Shown here: piece after piece, positions 56,656-64,000 of the stretch
How the letters are laid out: each line of letters begins with the position of its first letter
Position numbering within the stretch: the stretch's first letter is position 1
Source of the DNA: a virus
Taxonomy: Duplodnaviria > Heunggongvirae > Uroviricota > Caudoviricetes
IMG/VR virus record: IMGVR_UViG_3300035210_000151
Direction: 5' to 3' (one strand)
Length of the DNA: 64,000 bases
The notes under the pieces: model-generated
What the model was told of the DNA's origin: nothing
The model's input: the letters and a program-made list of their open reading frames with translations, nothing else
Databases searched by the model: none
Made by a program: the position numbers and the translations under genes

Positions 56656-58566
56656 ATGTTAACCAAAGAAGAAATAGAAATTTTAAGCGACTCTTATGCT
56701 AATAGCTATGATAGTTATGAAGACTTCGCATTCCATAATAATTTTAGAAATAAGACGGCTGATCGGGCTGAACATAAATATAATGCTCGTTTTGATAGTT
56801 ATTTTTTTAAGCTTGATTCCATGTATAATAAATTGACAGGTCAGGCATATATCGTCTCTCAACAAATGAATGAATTTAAAAAAATACATTCTGTCATTGA
56901 TTTCAATGATTATAAATCCGTTCAAGATTTCTTATTTAGAACAAACTCAATGAAAGACATTATACGAACATTAAACAGATTAAAACCTGCCAATATTATT
57001 GAAGATCTTTCTGTTAACTTTAATGGTTGGGCAGCAATTGCAGAAGAACAAGGTGTCGATATTTCTCAACAATTAAATAAAATTGAAACATTATGTACAG
57101 AACTTTGTGCAGAAGACATCATCTCTCCCATTTTAAGTAAACTTGAAAAAGCTCAACGCCTTTTAAGTGATGTTAATTATGATAGCCGTCTTGTCAATTC
57201 ATCTAACCCTACTGATCTAGAAAAATCGACCTATATGGAAAGTTGTTTTAATTTAAAAAGACATGTTACTTTTTTTGAAAAATATTTTAATCAAGAGAAT
57301 GTTTTAAATACACTCATTAAAGATAGTAAAGTTTTTGAATATATTGATCAATATAAAGCAATAAGAAAAGAGATAGTCGATACATTAATAAAAAATAAAC
57401 CTGAATTTTCTTATTCATGTGCTCATAAATTTGTGACCTTATTAAATAATGCTGGGGCTGTTGAACTTATGCTTTTAGACCGTTCCAATACTGATTTGGA
57501 TTCAGTTCATCGTATTCGCAATACCATTAAAATAGATGATAAAAATTCACAGGTGAGTCAAATTAATCTCTTTAATGATAACAGTATTGCTATTAAAAAA
57601 TCGTCTGGTGATTGGATAAATCTTAACTCAAAAGAATTAAAAGATTCATTTATTGAAAACTTTATGTACAAAGAATTATTCAATAAATTAAAAAGAAGTC
57701 CTACTATTGCAAAAATGTTTGTGACTAAGCTTAAAGAAGATTTTGATGAGTGTAGACATGCATTTGTTGCCGCAAATACTTATCTTGAGTATGAAGCTAT
57801 TTTAAAATCAAAAGACTATAATCTACTTGAAGAAATAGATGATTCATTATTTGAATCCTTAGATGACTCAATGAATGCTTATGTGCGTAAACATAAAATA
57901 GAGCAATATGGTTTAAGTATATCCAGCAAAAAATATCAACATCTTTATGATGAGGATGTCTTTAAAACATTAGAACTCTTATATGATTTAAAAATACCAT
58001 CGAGTGAACTACAAGACAGTTTAGGTAAAAAACTGGCATCCTTTAAAACCAGTGAAGACTTTAATAAAGGATTAAAACAACTGTACTCCATTCATAGTGG
58101 ATTTAATACCGAAGCCATTATTAAAAAAGCTAATGCTGTTAATGCAGAAGTCATTAAAAATGATAACAACTTGATTATTTTAAAAATAGAGAACTTTCAA
58201 CAAAGCTCAGCGGTTGGTAGCACTTCTTGGTGTATCGTTCGAGATGAGGTTCATTTTAAAAGTTATAAAGAAGATTGTCAGCAATATTTCATTTATGATC
58301 TCAATAAAGATCCTGCTGATAACCATTCGATTATTGGTGTTACATTGTATAAGGATGGATCTCACAGTGCAGCTCACTTAAAAAATGATAATCAACTTTA
58401 TAATGATGAAAATGAGTTTAAAACATTACAATTAGAGATTATTAAACATGATTTAAAAAGTTATCCGGCATTAAACGAAGAGTTAAAGTCAAAAATTAAT
58501 GCTGATGCTGATCCCAAGAAACAAAGCTTATTAAAAAACATTGCAACAAAATTATTTAATCGTTAA
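56656..58566 (+). CDS. large hypothetical protein with C-terminal GSxSWCI domain (paralog of 37735..39873)
   Basis: Track ORF from 56620 runs through a TGTTATAAT -10 element. ATG at 56656 chosen, but the start is uncertain (no SD). C-terminal roughly 300 aa align with the 712 aa protein (R.PTIAK ... LYDL.I.S ... NFEQS...GS.SWCI.R ... YFIYD). Confidence 0.6.
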   Translation: MLTKEEIEILSDSYANSYDSYEDFAFHNNFRNKTADRAEHKYNARFDSYFFKLDSMYNKLTGQAYIVSQQMNEFKKIHSVIDFNDYKSVQDFLFRTNSMKDIIRTLNRLKPANIIEDLSVNFNGWAAIAEEQGVDISQQLNKIETLCTELCAEDIISPILSKLEKAQRLLSDVNYDSRLVNSSNPTDLEKSTYMESCFNLKRHVTFFEKYFNQENVLNTLIKDSKVFEYIDQYKAIRKEIVDTLIKNKPEFSYSCAHKFVTLLNNAGAVELMLLDRSNTDLDSVHRIRNTIKIDDKNSQVSQINLFNDNSIAIKKSSGDWINLNSKELKDSFIENFMYKELFNKLKRSPTIAKMFVTKLKEDFDECRHAFVAANTYLEYEAILKSKDYNLLEEIDDSLFESLDDSMNAYVRKHKIEQYGLSISSKKYQHLYDEDVFKTLELLYDLKIPSSELQDSLGKKLASFKTSEDFNKGLKQLYSIHSGFNTEAIIKKANAVNAEVIKNDNNLIILKIENFQQSSAVGSTSWCIVRDEVHFKSYKEDCQQYFIYDLNKDPADNHSIIGVTLYKDGSHSAAHLKNDNQLYNDENEFKTLQLEIIKHDLKSYPALNEELKSKINADADPKKQSLLKNIATKLFNR

Positions 58567-58597
58567 AAAAAAGACTCTTCATAGAGTCTTTTTGTTT
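58565..58597. terminator. bidirectional terminator
   Basis: aagactcttcatagagtctt hairpin plus T-tract. Confidence 0.65.
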
Positions 58598-59655
58598 CTT
58601 CTTTTATGGGTTGATTTATCTTTCTGACCACTGCCTTTTAATTTATAATAGGTTTGATCGGCTATACTTATTTCTTCTATCTGTGATGGATATTCTTTTT
58701 TTATCTTTGCCCACAACCCTTTTGCACTGGGTGATTGGAGTGATGAACTTCTAAACATAATATTCTTATTGTCATAGTGTTGAGCTATTTTAAAATACAT
58801 TTGTGTACCTAAGCCTCTACCTTTATACTGTTCACTTATTTTTGAATAATCAACGGTAGCAATGTCATTAAAAACTTTCAATTCTCTTTGTATTTTTTTA
58901 TAGTTATCTTGTAATTGAGTTTTGGTTAAATTAAAAACAATATCATGATTTAATTCTGTATGGTCTATACCTTTCTCTTTTAAATATTCCATTTTATGTT
59001 CTGGTGTGAGGTTCTTGTCTTTTTGAATGGTATAATCTTTTCCCAATAATTCTTGAACAATTAAATCGCTTGTGTATTTTGTTTTTAAATACCCTACTTG
59101 AATATTATCTTTGTATATTCTTAATTCATCCAGTAATAGGTATGAAGTTAATGTCAGGTCACTGTTTTCAATAATCTTATATTGAAATACTTCGCCTTCT
59201 TTTGAATAGATAACACCTTCATCTTTAAGGTTACAAAAATGAGTCATAAGGCTGCTGGCTTCATTCACCTTCTCATTATTCAATGGGCCAAACTCTTTTT
59301 TGAATTGTTCTTCATTAAGTCGTGTAAATATAACATCAGTTAATTCGTCCTTTTTATATCTATAATCAGGATTGATAAGGTGAGCATTTCCAAGTGTTGA
59401 TTTGGCACCAGCTATTTCAATGAACTTATATCCCATTTTTTGAGTGTCTAGATCAGACATATAAGTTTGTCTAATAATTGCCTTTTTACATGCGGCTCCA
59501 TTATGATTACAGGTTACCATACCAAGTTCAACTTGCTCAATATCCTTGGTTTTCTGGTAATAAGCCATAGCAAATTCAGCATCATATATTTCAGTAAATT
59601 CTTTTTTTATAGCTTCATGGATAAAATCTTTTTTAAAATACATATTAAAATACAT
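58579..59655 (-). CDS. hypothetical protein with C-terminal GNAT-like acetyltransferase motif
   Basis: 358 aa. ...QYKGRGLGTQMYFKIAQHY resembles GNAT motif A (R/Q-x-x-G-x-G/A). Start has no SD and is uncertain. Confidence 0.45.
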   Translation of the reverse strand: MYFNMYFKKDFIHEAIKKEFTEIYDAEFAMAYYQKTKDIEQVELGMVTCNHNGAACKKAIIRQTYMSDLDTQKMGYKFIEIAGAKSTLGNAHLINPDYRYKKDELTDVIFTRLNEEQFKKEFGPLNNEKVNEASSLMTHFCNLKDEGVIYSKEGEVFQYKIIENSDLTLTSYLLLDELRIYKDNIQVGYLKTKYTSDLIVQELLGKDYTIQKDKNLTPEHKMEYLKEKGIDHTELNHDIVFNLTKTQLQDNYKKIQRELKVFNDIATVDYSKISEQYKGRGLGTQMYFKIAQHYDNKNIMFRSSSLQSPSAKGLWAKIKKEYPSQIEEISIADQTYYKLKGSGQKDKSTHKRRNKKTL

Positions 59656-59769
59656 AGTTGTTAGTTCTATTGTATCATAATATATTTTACTTTAAATGTT
59701 CCTAGTAACTCTTTTAATCTTGCTTTTTTAATGTATGCTTAAAGATTAATTAACTAAAAGGGTATTATT

Positions 59770-60165
59770 ATGACAGATAAAAAAGAATATGTTCTCGCGG
59801 TAGCTTTCAGTGCTGATAAAAGTAAGATATTACTCATACGCAAATTAACCCCAGAATGGCAACGTGGTTTGTTGAACGGACCCGGTGGAAAAATTGAAAT
59901 GGGTGAAACTCCACTTCAAGCCATGATTCGTGAATTTAAAGAAGAAACAGGTGTTGAGACAACCGAAGAACACTGGTCAGGTTTAGGAGCCATTGAAAGT
60001 GATGTGTTTAAAGTTTTTGTGTTTAGCATGTTTGACGATATCATTTATCAAGCAAAAACTGTAGAAAAAGAAGTCGTTGATATCTTTAATGTGGATATAG
60101 ATATGTTGGAAAAATGTGGCGTAGATAACCTTTATAAAATAGTAGAATTAGCACTTACTCAATAA
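59770..60165 (+). CDS. NUDIX hydrolase
   Basis: 131 aa. Complete Nudix box GGKIEMGETPLQAMIREFKEETGV (GX5EX7REUXEEXGU). Confidence 0.8.
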   Translation: MTDKKEYVLAVAFSADKSKILLIRKLTPEWQRGLLNGPGGKIEMGETPLQAMIREFKEETGVETTEEHWSGLGAIESDVFKVFVFSMFDDIIYQAKTVEKEVVDIFNVDIDMLEKCGVDNLYKIVELALTQ

Positions 60166-60180
60166 TTCCAACCGATTTGA

Positions 60181-60213
60181 AAACAGAAGACACTTCGGTG
60201 TCTCTTTTTTTTT
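60181..60213 (+). terminator. rho-independent terminator
   Basis: agacacttcggtgtct hairpin plus long T-tract. Confidence 0.7.
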
Positions 60214-60235
60214 GTGTATTCTTGTGTTAAACTGT

Positions 60236-60841
60236 ATGAATAAACAAATGGTAGTTGTTATGCTTGATGTCATAGAAGATAAAGAATTAAATGCACTTAA
60301 CCAGAAAGGTTTGGATGATTTGGCTGTATTGAGACAAGTCTTTAATGTTAATGAATTGATGCAACATTCAAAAAGTGATCATATTAAAAATTATTTTCAA
60401 AACTATTACAATGATTTACAGGTGGTCGTTTTAAGACGTGATTTTATAGATCTCTATCCAAAGATTAAACAAATAGAAACAGAGTGGAAAAATGACCTTC
60501 CAACGCTTAATACAAGCAATCTGGCGATTTCAGACAACCAGATAGAAGCTATGTTATCTCACCGTAAAAACAAGACCGTTGATGAGTTCCATTCATCCAT
60601 GAAAGAAATTGGCAGTTATCTTTCTAACGATACATTAAAGAACATCGAAAAGAATAAAATCAGCCAGAATGAATTTGTGAATCAAAAGACCGTCTACAAT
60701 GTGATTGCTTCCGAGACTTTGAAAAATAATAGTCATTTGTTTAAGCTTGATATTATGAGTAATTATACAATCGGTAGTAACGATATTTTTAAATCCGACA
60801 CAGTAAAACCAGTGAAACAATGGAAACCATCACATAATTAA
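60236..60841 (+). CDS. hypothetical protein
   Basis: Track ORF from 60212; several candidate ATGs and no clear SD, so the start is uncertain. Followed by the agcaagattttcttgct hairpin plus T-run (60842-60875). Confidence 0.45.
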   Translation: MNKQMVVVMLDVIEDKELNALNQKGLDDLAVLRQVFNVNELMQHSKSDHIKNYFQNYYNDLQVVVLRRDFIDLYPKIKQIETEWKNDLPTLNTSNLAISDNQIEAMLSHRKNKTVDEFHSSMKEIGSYLSNDTLKNIEKNKISQNEFVNQKTVYNVIASETLKNNSHLFKLDIMSNYTIGSNDIFKSDTVKPVKQWKPSHN

Positions 60842-61069
60842 GCAAGATTTTCTTGCTTTCTTTTTGTTTTTTTGATAGAATAGCCATATTAAACGAAACG
60901 CAATCAAAGGAACTACATCATGAACGCTTCAAACACATTTCACTTTCAAAAGTCTTTCACTGTTCGATATTGAACTTCTCCGCTCTATGCTTCTGTTAGA
61001 GGCATTATCTATTTAACTAAAAAATCAGCTACACACAAACACAATTAAATTTTCGTGGAGAAAAATATT

Positions 61070-62329
61070 ATGAACGCATTTATTCAAGAACTCAAACAAC
61101 GTGGCCTCGTTTCTCAGATGACAGACGAAAGCAAAATTTCAGACCTTATGGATAATGGTTTGTCCCTATACTGCGGATTTGACCCAACAGCAGAGTCTTT
61201 GCATGTGGGTAGTCTTTTGCCATTGATTACTATGCTTCGCTTTAAGAAAGCAGGTCATACTGTGTTCCCATTGATTGGTGGTGCTACCGGCATGATTGGT
61301 GACCCTAGCTTTAAAGCACAAGAACGTACTTTGAATGACGCGGAAACCGTTAATCGTTTCAAAGCAGGTATTGCTGGTCAAATCAAACATATTCTGGGTG
61401 ATGTAGAACTTGTTGATAACCATGATTGGACTGTTAACCTTTCAGTTATTGATTTCCTTCGTGATGTGGGTAAGCATTTCTCTGTGAATGCTATGATGAG
61501 TAAAGATTCGGTGCGTAGCCGCTTGGATCGTGATGATCAAGGTATTTCTTTTACTGAGTTCTCATACCAGCTCCTGCAGTCAATGGACTTCCATCACTTG
61601 ATGAAAGAGAAAAATTGCCGTCTTCAATTGGGTGGTAGCGATCAGTGGGGTAACATCACTGCGGGTATTGACCTTATCCATCGTAAAGAAGGTAATGATG
61701 TCGTAGCCACTGGGTTGACGATTCCCTTGCTGACCAAAGCGGATGGCACGAAGTTTGGTAAAAGTGAAAGCGGTGCGGTTTGGTTATCCTCAGAAATGAC
61801 CAGTCCTTTTGATTTCTTCCAGTTTTGGTTGAAAGTAGCCGATGCGGATATTCCGAAGTTCTTCAAAATGCTGTCCTTTAAGTCTATTGAAGAAATTGAC
61901 GCTATCCTTGAAGCTGATAAAGAACGCACTAAACCGATGGCTCAACAGCTTTTGGCAGAGGAATTAACTGCTATTGTTCATGGTCAAGCAGCACTTGATT
62001 CGGTATTGCGTAACATCAAAGCTTTGTTTGATAACAACTTTGATAGCTTGCAAGAAGATGATTTTGTCAACCTTGAAAAGAACGGCATGGTTGCTGTTGT
62101 TCCTGAGACATTGAATGTGCTTGATTTGATGGTCGCAACTGGTTTGTCTAAGTCGAAACGACAAGGCCGAGAGTTTATCCAGAGTGGTGCGGTTCAAGTA
62201 AACGGTAACAAGTTGGTAGTCAGCGAGGATGATATGAACGCTCTTGAAATTACAGATTTCAAGTTTGGTAAATTCGCTGTCTTTCAACGTGGCAAACGAG
62301 AGTTCAGATTGATTAAAAAGCCCGCCTAG
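61070..62329 (+). CDS. tyrS: tyrosyl-tRNA synthetase
   Basis: Track start is a GTG at 61055. ATG at 61070 after the SD GTGGAG. Class I core with GFDPTA, GGATGMIGDPSFK, GGSDQWGNITAGIDL and KFGKS (KMSKS-equivalent) blocks. C-terminal S4-like domain. HIGH motif reads HVGS. Confidence 0.9.
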   Translation: MNAFIQELKQRGLVSQMTDESKISDLMDNGLSLYCGFDPTAESLHVGSLLPLITMLRFKKAGHTVFPLIGGATGMIGDPSFKAQERTLNDAETVNRFKAGIAGQIKHILGDVELVDNHDWTVNLSVIDFLRDVGKHFSVNAMMSKDSVRSRLDRDDQGISFTEFSYQLLQSMDFHHLMKEKNCRLQLGGSDQWGNITAGIDLIHRKEGNDVVATGLTIPLLTKADGTKFGKSESGAVWLSSEMTSPFDFFQFWLKVADADIPKFFKMLSFKSIEEIDAILEADKERTKPMAQQLLAEELTAIVHGQAALDSVLRNIKALFDNNFDSLQEDDFVNLEKNGMVAVVPETLNVLDLMVATGLSKSKRQGREFIQSGAVQVNGNKLVVSEDDMNALEITDFKFGKFAVFQRGKREFRLIKKPA

Positions 62330-62343
62330 TGCGGGTTTTTTAT
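62314..62343 (+). terminator. rho-independent terminator
   Basis: aaagcccgcctagtgcgggttt hairpin (tyrS stop in the loop) plus T-tract. Confidence 0.7.
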
Positions 62344-62363
62344 TGAATATTTAAATTTTACAA

Positions 62364-62395
62364 ATAAAAAAACCGCTTTAAGCGGTCTTTTTTGT
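62364..62395. terminator. second or bidirectional terminator
   Basis: aaccgctttaagcggt hairpin flanked by A and T runs; serves the minus gene 62411..63043. Confidence 0.6.
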
Positions 62396-62410
62396 TTTAG
62401 TCGTTTTTTA

Positions 62411-63043
62411 TCAATGAATTTTTAACATATTTAAGACTTCAATAACGCCATCGTCTACTACATCAACAGAATACGTCAACGTTTTTGAAAGCTGTTCATT
62501 ATAGGCGGATAACATAGGCTTGATAATTGAATTCAAATCTTGATAGTAAACGCCTAGCTCTGTCCAAACATCATGAGAAACTTTAAAATCCTTAGTCACA
62601 TCATAATAAGCTTGAATTGGCTCAACATACAGTTTAATTGAAAAAACGGTGGTTGTTCCATCTTCTGCATAATCAATAAATTTTATACCATAAAAACTAA
62701 CGTCAGTGGCCGTGAGGTAGTCTTTTTTCATACCCACTTTATGTCTTTCTTCCCATGTCATATGCCTAAAATCGAAATTTAATCCAATCGCTTCCAAATA
62801 AGGTTTTATCACTTTGTTTAAATCCTCAGCCACAGTATAAAAACCTAATTCAGAATAATTTTTAAATACGGCTGGCAAAATTATTTGTGGATTTTTAATA
62901 TTGTGTAGCAAATAGTAATTTGTATCATCTAAAAAATCTAAACTTTGATCATACGAGTTACTATTTTCAATTTCAAAATTATCAATCTTAGATAATGCAG
63001 TCAATTTTTCAAGAAAAAAATCTTTTTGCTCATGTATGTTCAT
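62411..63043 (-). CDS. hypothetical protein; tail ...VIEVLNMLKIH
   Basis: 210 aa with SD GAGGGATAATGG. Confidence 0.6.
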   Translation of the reverse strand: MNIHEQKDFFLEKLTALSKIDNFEIENSNSYDQSLDFLDDTNYYLLHNIKNPQIILPAVFKNYSELGFYTVAEDLNKVIKPYLEAIGLNFDFRHMTWEERHKVGMKKDYLTATDVSFYGIKFIDYAEDGTTTVFSIKLYVEPIQAYYDVTKDFKVSHDVWTELGVYYQDLNSIIKPMLSAYNEQLSKTLTYSVDVVDDGVIEVLNMLKIH

Positions 63044-63134
63044 CCATTATCCCTCACATTTAAATTAATATAATGCGGCAATTATATCACAAATATAACA
63101 TTATGTCAGCTTTTGTTTAGTTTTCGTAGTTTAA

Positions 63135-63164
63135 TTGACAACAGCTTATGTTTTCAGGTATAAT
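63135..63164 (+). promoter_or_regulatory. sigma-A promoter
   Basis: TTGACA, 18 bp spacer, TATAAT. Confidence 0.5.
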
Positions 63165-63193
63165 ATCTAACAAATTTTAAATGGAATCTCACT

Positions 63194-63571
63194 ATGATGA
63201 CCTTAAAAATGAAATTCTTGGATAGATTTACATGGAAACAAGGTCGGCAGTCTTCTGGTTACAGTAAGATTTCTTTGCTTGAATTTATGTGGCCTATTCC
63301 TTTTGATCTCTACTTACTTAAATTTCCCGAAGGATCTCAAATTCCTGAACATGTTGACAAAGTGGATGAAGGATTTAGACATTACCGTTTAAACATTATT
63401 TTGAAGAAGTCTCTTTCTGGTGGTGAGTTCATGGCTGAACAGAGCATTATCAACTGGTCTAGGGTTAAGTTTTTTAGACCTGATATCTCAAAACACTCAG
63501 TGACAAAGGTTGTGGGTGGTTCAAGGTATGTATTAAGTTTTGGATTTTTATTAAAAGATAAGGTGAAATAA
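63194..63571 (+). CDS. small protein with HxD...H motif (possible 2OG-Fe(II) oxygenase/cupin-like)
   Basis: 125 aa. PEHVDKVDEGFRHYRLNI spacing is suggestive only. Confidence 0.35.
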   Translation: MMTLKMKFLDRFTWKQGRQSSGYSKISLLEFMWPIPFDLYLLKFPEGSQIPEHVDKVDEGFRHYRLNIILKKSLSGGEFMAEQSIINWSRVKFFRPDISKHSVTKVVGGSRYVLSFGFLLKDKVK

Positions 63572-63573
63572 TT

Positions 63574-63828
63574 ATGAGTGAAGCTTGCTGTAAACACGCA
63601 CATGTCCCATACATCATGGGAGATCGTGTCATTAAAAAAGAGTTTCTTGTTGAAAATTTTGGTGATAATGCCACTTTTGAACACAGGGTTGAAGCTAATC
63701 CCTACAATACACCAGAAAGAAAACTAAAAGATGTTAAGGTGACCTATGTGATTAAAGGGCAAGAAGAAATTAAACTGTGTACCTGTGAATGCCATGTTCA
63801 AGGTATGGGACTGTACGTTTTACATTAA
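63574..63828 (+). CDS. small Cys-rich protein
   Basis: 84 aa with SD AAGGTGAAA. CCKHAH and CTCECH clusters. Paralog of the next, partial ORF. Confidence 0.55.
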   Translation: MSEACCKHAHVPYIMGDRVIKKEFLVENFGDNATFEHRVEANPYNTPERKLKDVKVTYVIKGQEEIKLCTCECHVQGMGLYVLH

Positions 63829-63843
63829 ATTAGGAGACTTATC

Positions 63844-64000
63844 ATGTTTGCATGTTGTCAATATAGTGAAGTCAGATACATTGAAATGGATAAAAGTGTT
63901 AATAAATCTTTTCTAACCAAGAACTTTGGATCGGAAGCAACCACTGTATATCGAAAAGAACCTCATCCATTTAGCTCAATCAGACGACAACTTCCCGATC
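63844..64000 (+). CDS. small Cys-rich protein, paralog of 63574..63828 (3' truncated by the window end)
   Basis: SD TAGGAGA. MFACCQYSEVRYIEMDKSVNKSFLTKNFGSEATTVYRKEPHPF aligns with MSEACCKHAHVPYIMGDRVIKKEFLVENFGDNATFEHRVEANPY. Confidence 0.55.
   Translation, partial: MFACCQYSEVRYIEMDKSVNKSFLTKNFGSEATTVYRKEPHPFSSIRRQLPD

Noticed and set aside
60876-61069. T-box riboswitch upstream of tyrS.
   Set aside because: Expected by analogy with Firmicutes tyrS. No T-box consensus (AATTAGGGTGGTACCGCG) and no specifier-loop-like context was found.
44-63043. C-terminal tail as a T4-like prohead-protease (LxE|) capsid-targeting site.
   Set aside because: T4 capsid-targeting sequences are N-terminal. The residue before Met here is not consistently Glu: E, D, R, A, S and K are all seen. 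The idea is not supported as stated.
1-64000. Eukaryotic giant-virus (mimivirus-like) origin suggested by multiple aaRS plus NAD-ligase.
   Set aside because: Genes carry bacterial Shine-Dalgarno sequences, sigma-A -35/-10 promoters and intrinsic terminators. Operon-style overlaps (ATGA) are frequent.
1-64000. Mollicute (Mycoplasma/Spiroplasma) chromosome suggested by low GC and reduced ThrRS.
   Set aside because: Long genes (ligA, serS, tyrS, the 712 aa ORF) are complete under the standard code, so TGA is a stop. There is no ribosomal or metabolic housekeeping context.
1-64000. CRISPR arrays, IS elements or integrases.
   Set aside because: No regularly spaced direct repeats, inverted terminal repeats or transposase or integrase-like ORFs were seen. 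The only repeats are paralogous genes and the terminator cassette.

Overview
AT-rich, densely coded window, read by eye from the sequence and the ORF track. Most genes are preceded by strong Gram-positive-style Shine-Dalgarno sequences (GGAGG/AAGGAG), and many are followed by rho-independent terminators, several of them bidirectional. There are sigma-A type promoters (TTGACA-17-TATAAT; frequent extended -10 TGnTATAAT). Recognisable genes are few and mostly translation or DNA-related: NAD-dependent DNA ligase, SerRS, TyrRS, an N-terminally truncated ThrRS, and two tRNA genes. The rest of the recognisable set is a NUDIX hydrolase, an S49 (SppA/ClpP-fold) peptidase, an SPFH/band-7 protein and a Pol-beta-superfamily nucleotidyltransferase candidate. 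No ribosomal, metabolic or virion genes are visible. Together with the very high load of lineage-specific tandem paralog families, this looks most like an accessory region of a very large (jumbo) phage or similar giant mobile genome of a low-GC Gram-positive host. That is inference, not proof. The most striking signal is that about 38 otherwise diverse 190-300 aa proteins, in many tandem arrays, end in the same C-terminal tail, roughly Y-h-x-h-h-x-M-x-x-[I/Y/V]-COOH with Met at position -4. This looks like a shared targeting or processing signal, or a hugely expanded fast-evolving superfamily. Other candidates are: a large protein followed by four tandem small multi-TM paralogs (toxin/immunity-like or superinfection-exclusion-like); a second large protein sharing its C-terminal domain; a duplicated secreted-protein family; an editing-domain-less ThrRS; a TyrRS with a degenerate HIGH motif; an atypical tRNA; and a tRNA-like element with twin T-arm hairpins.
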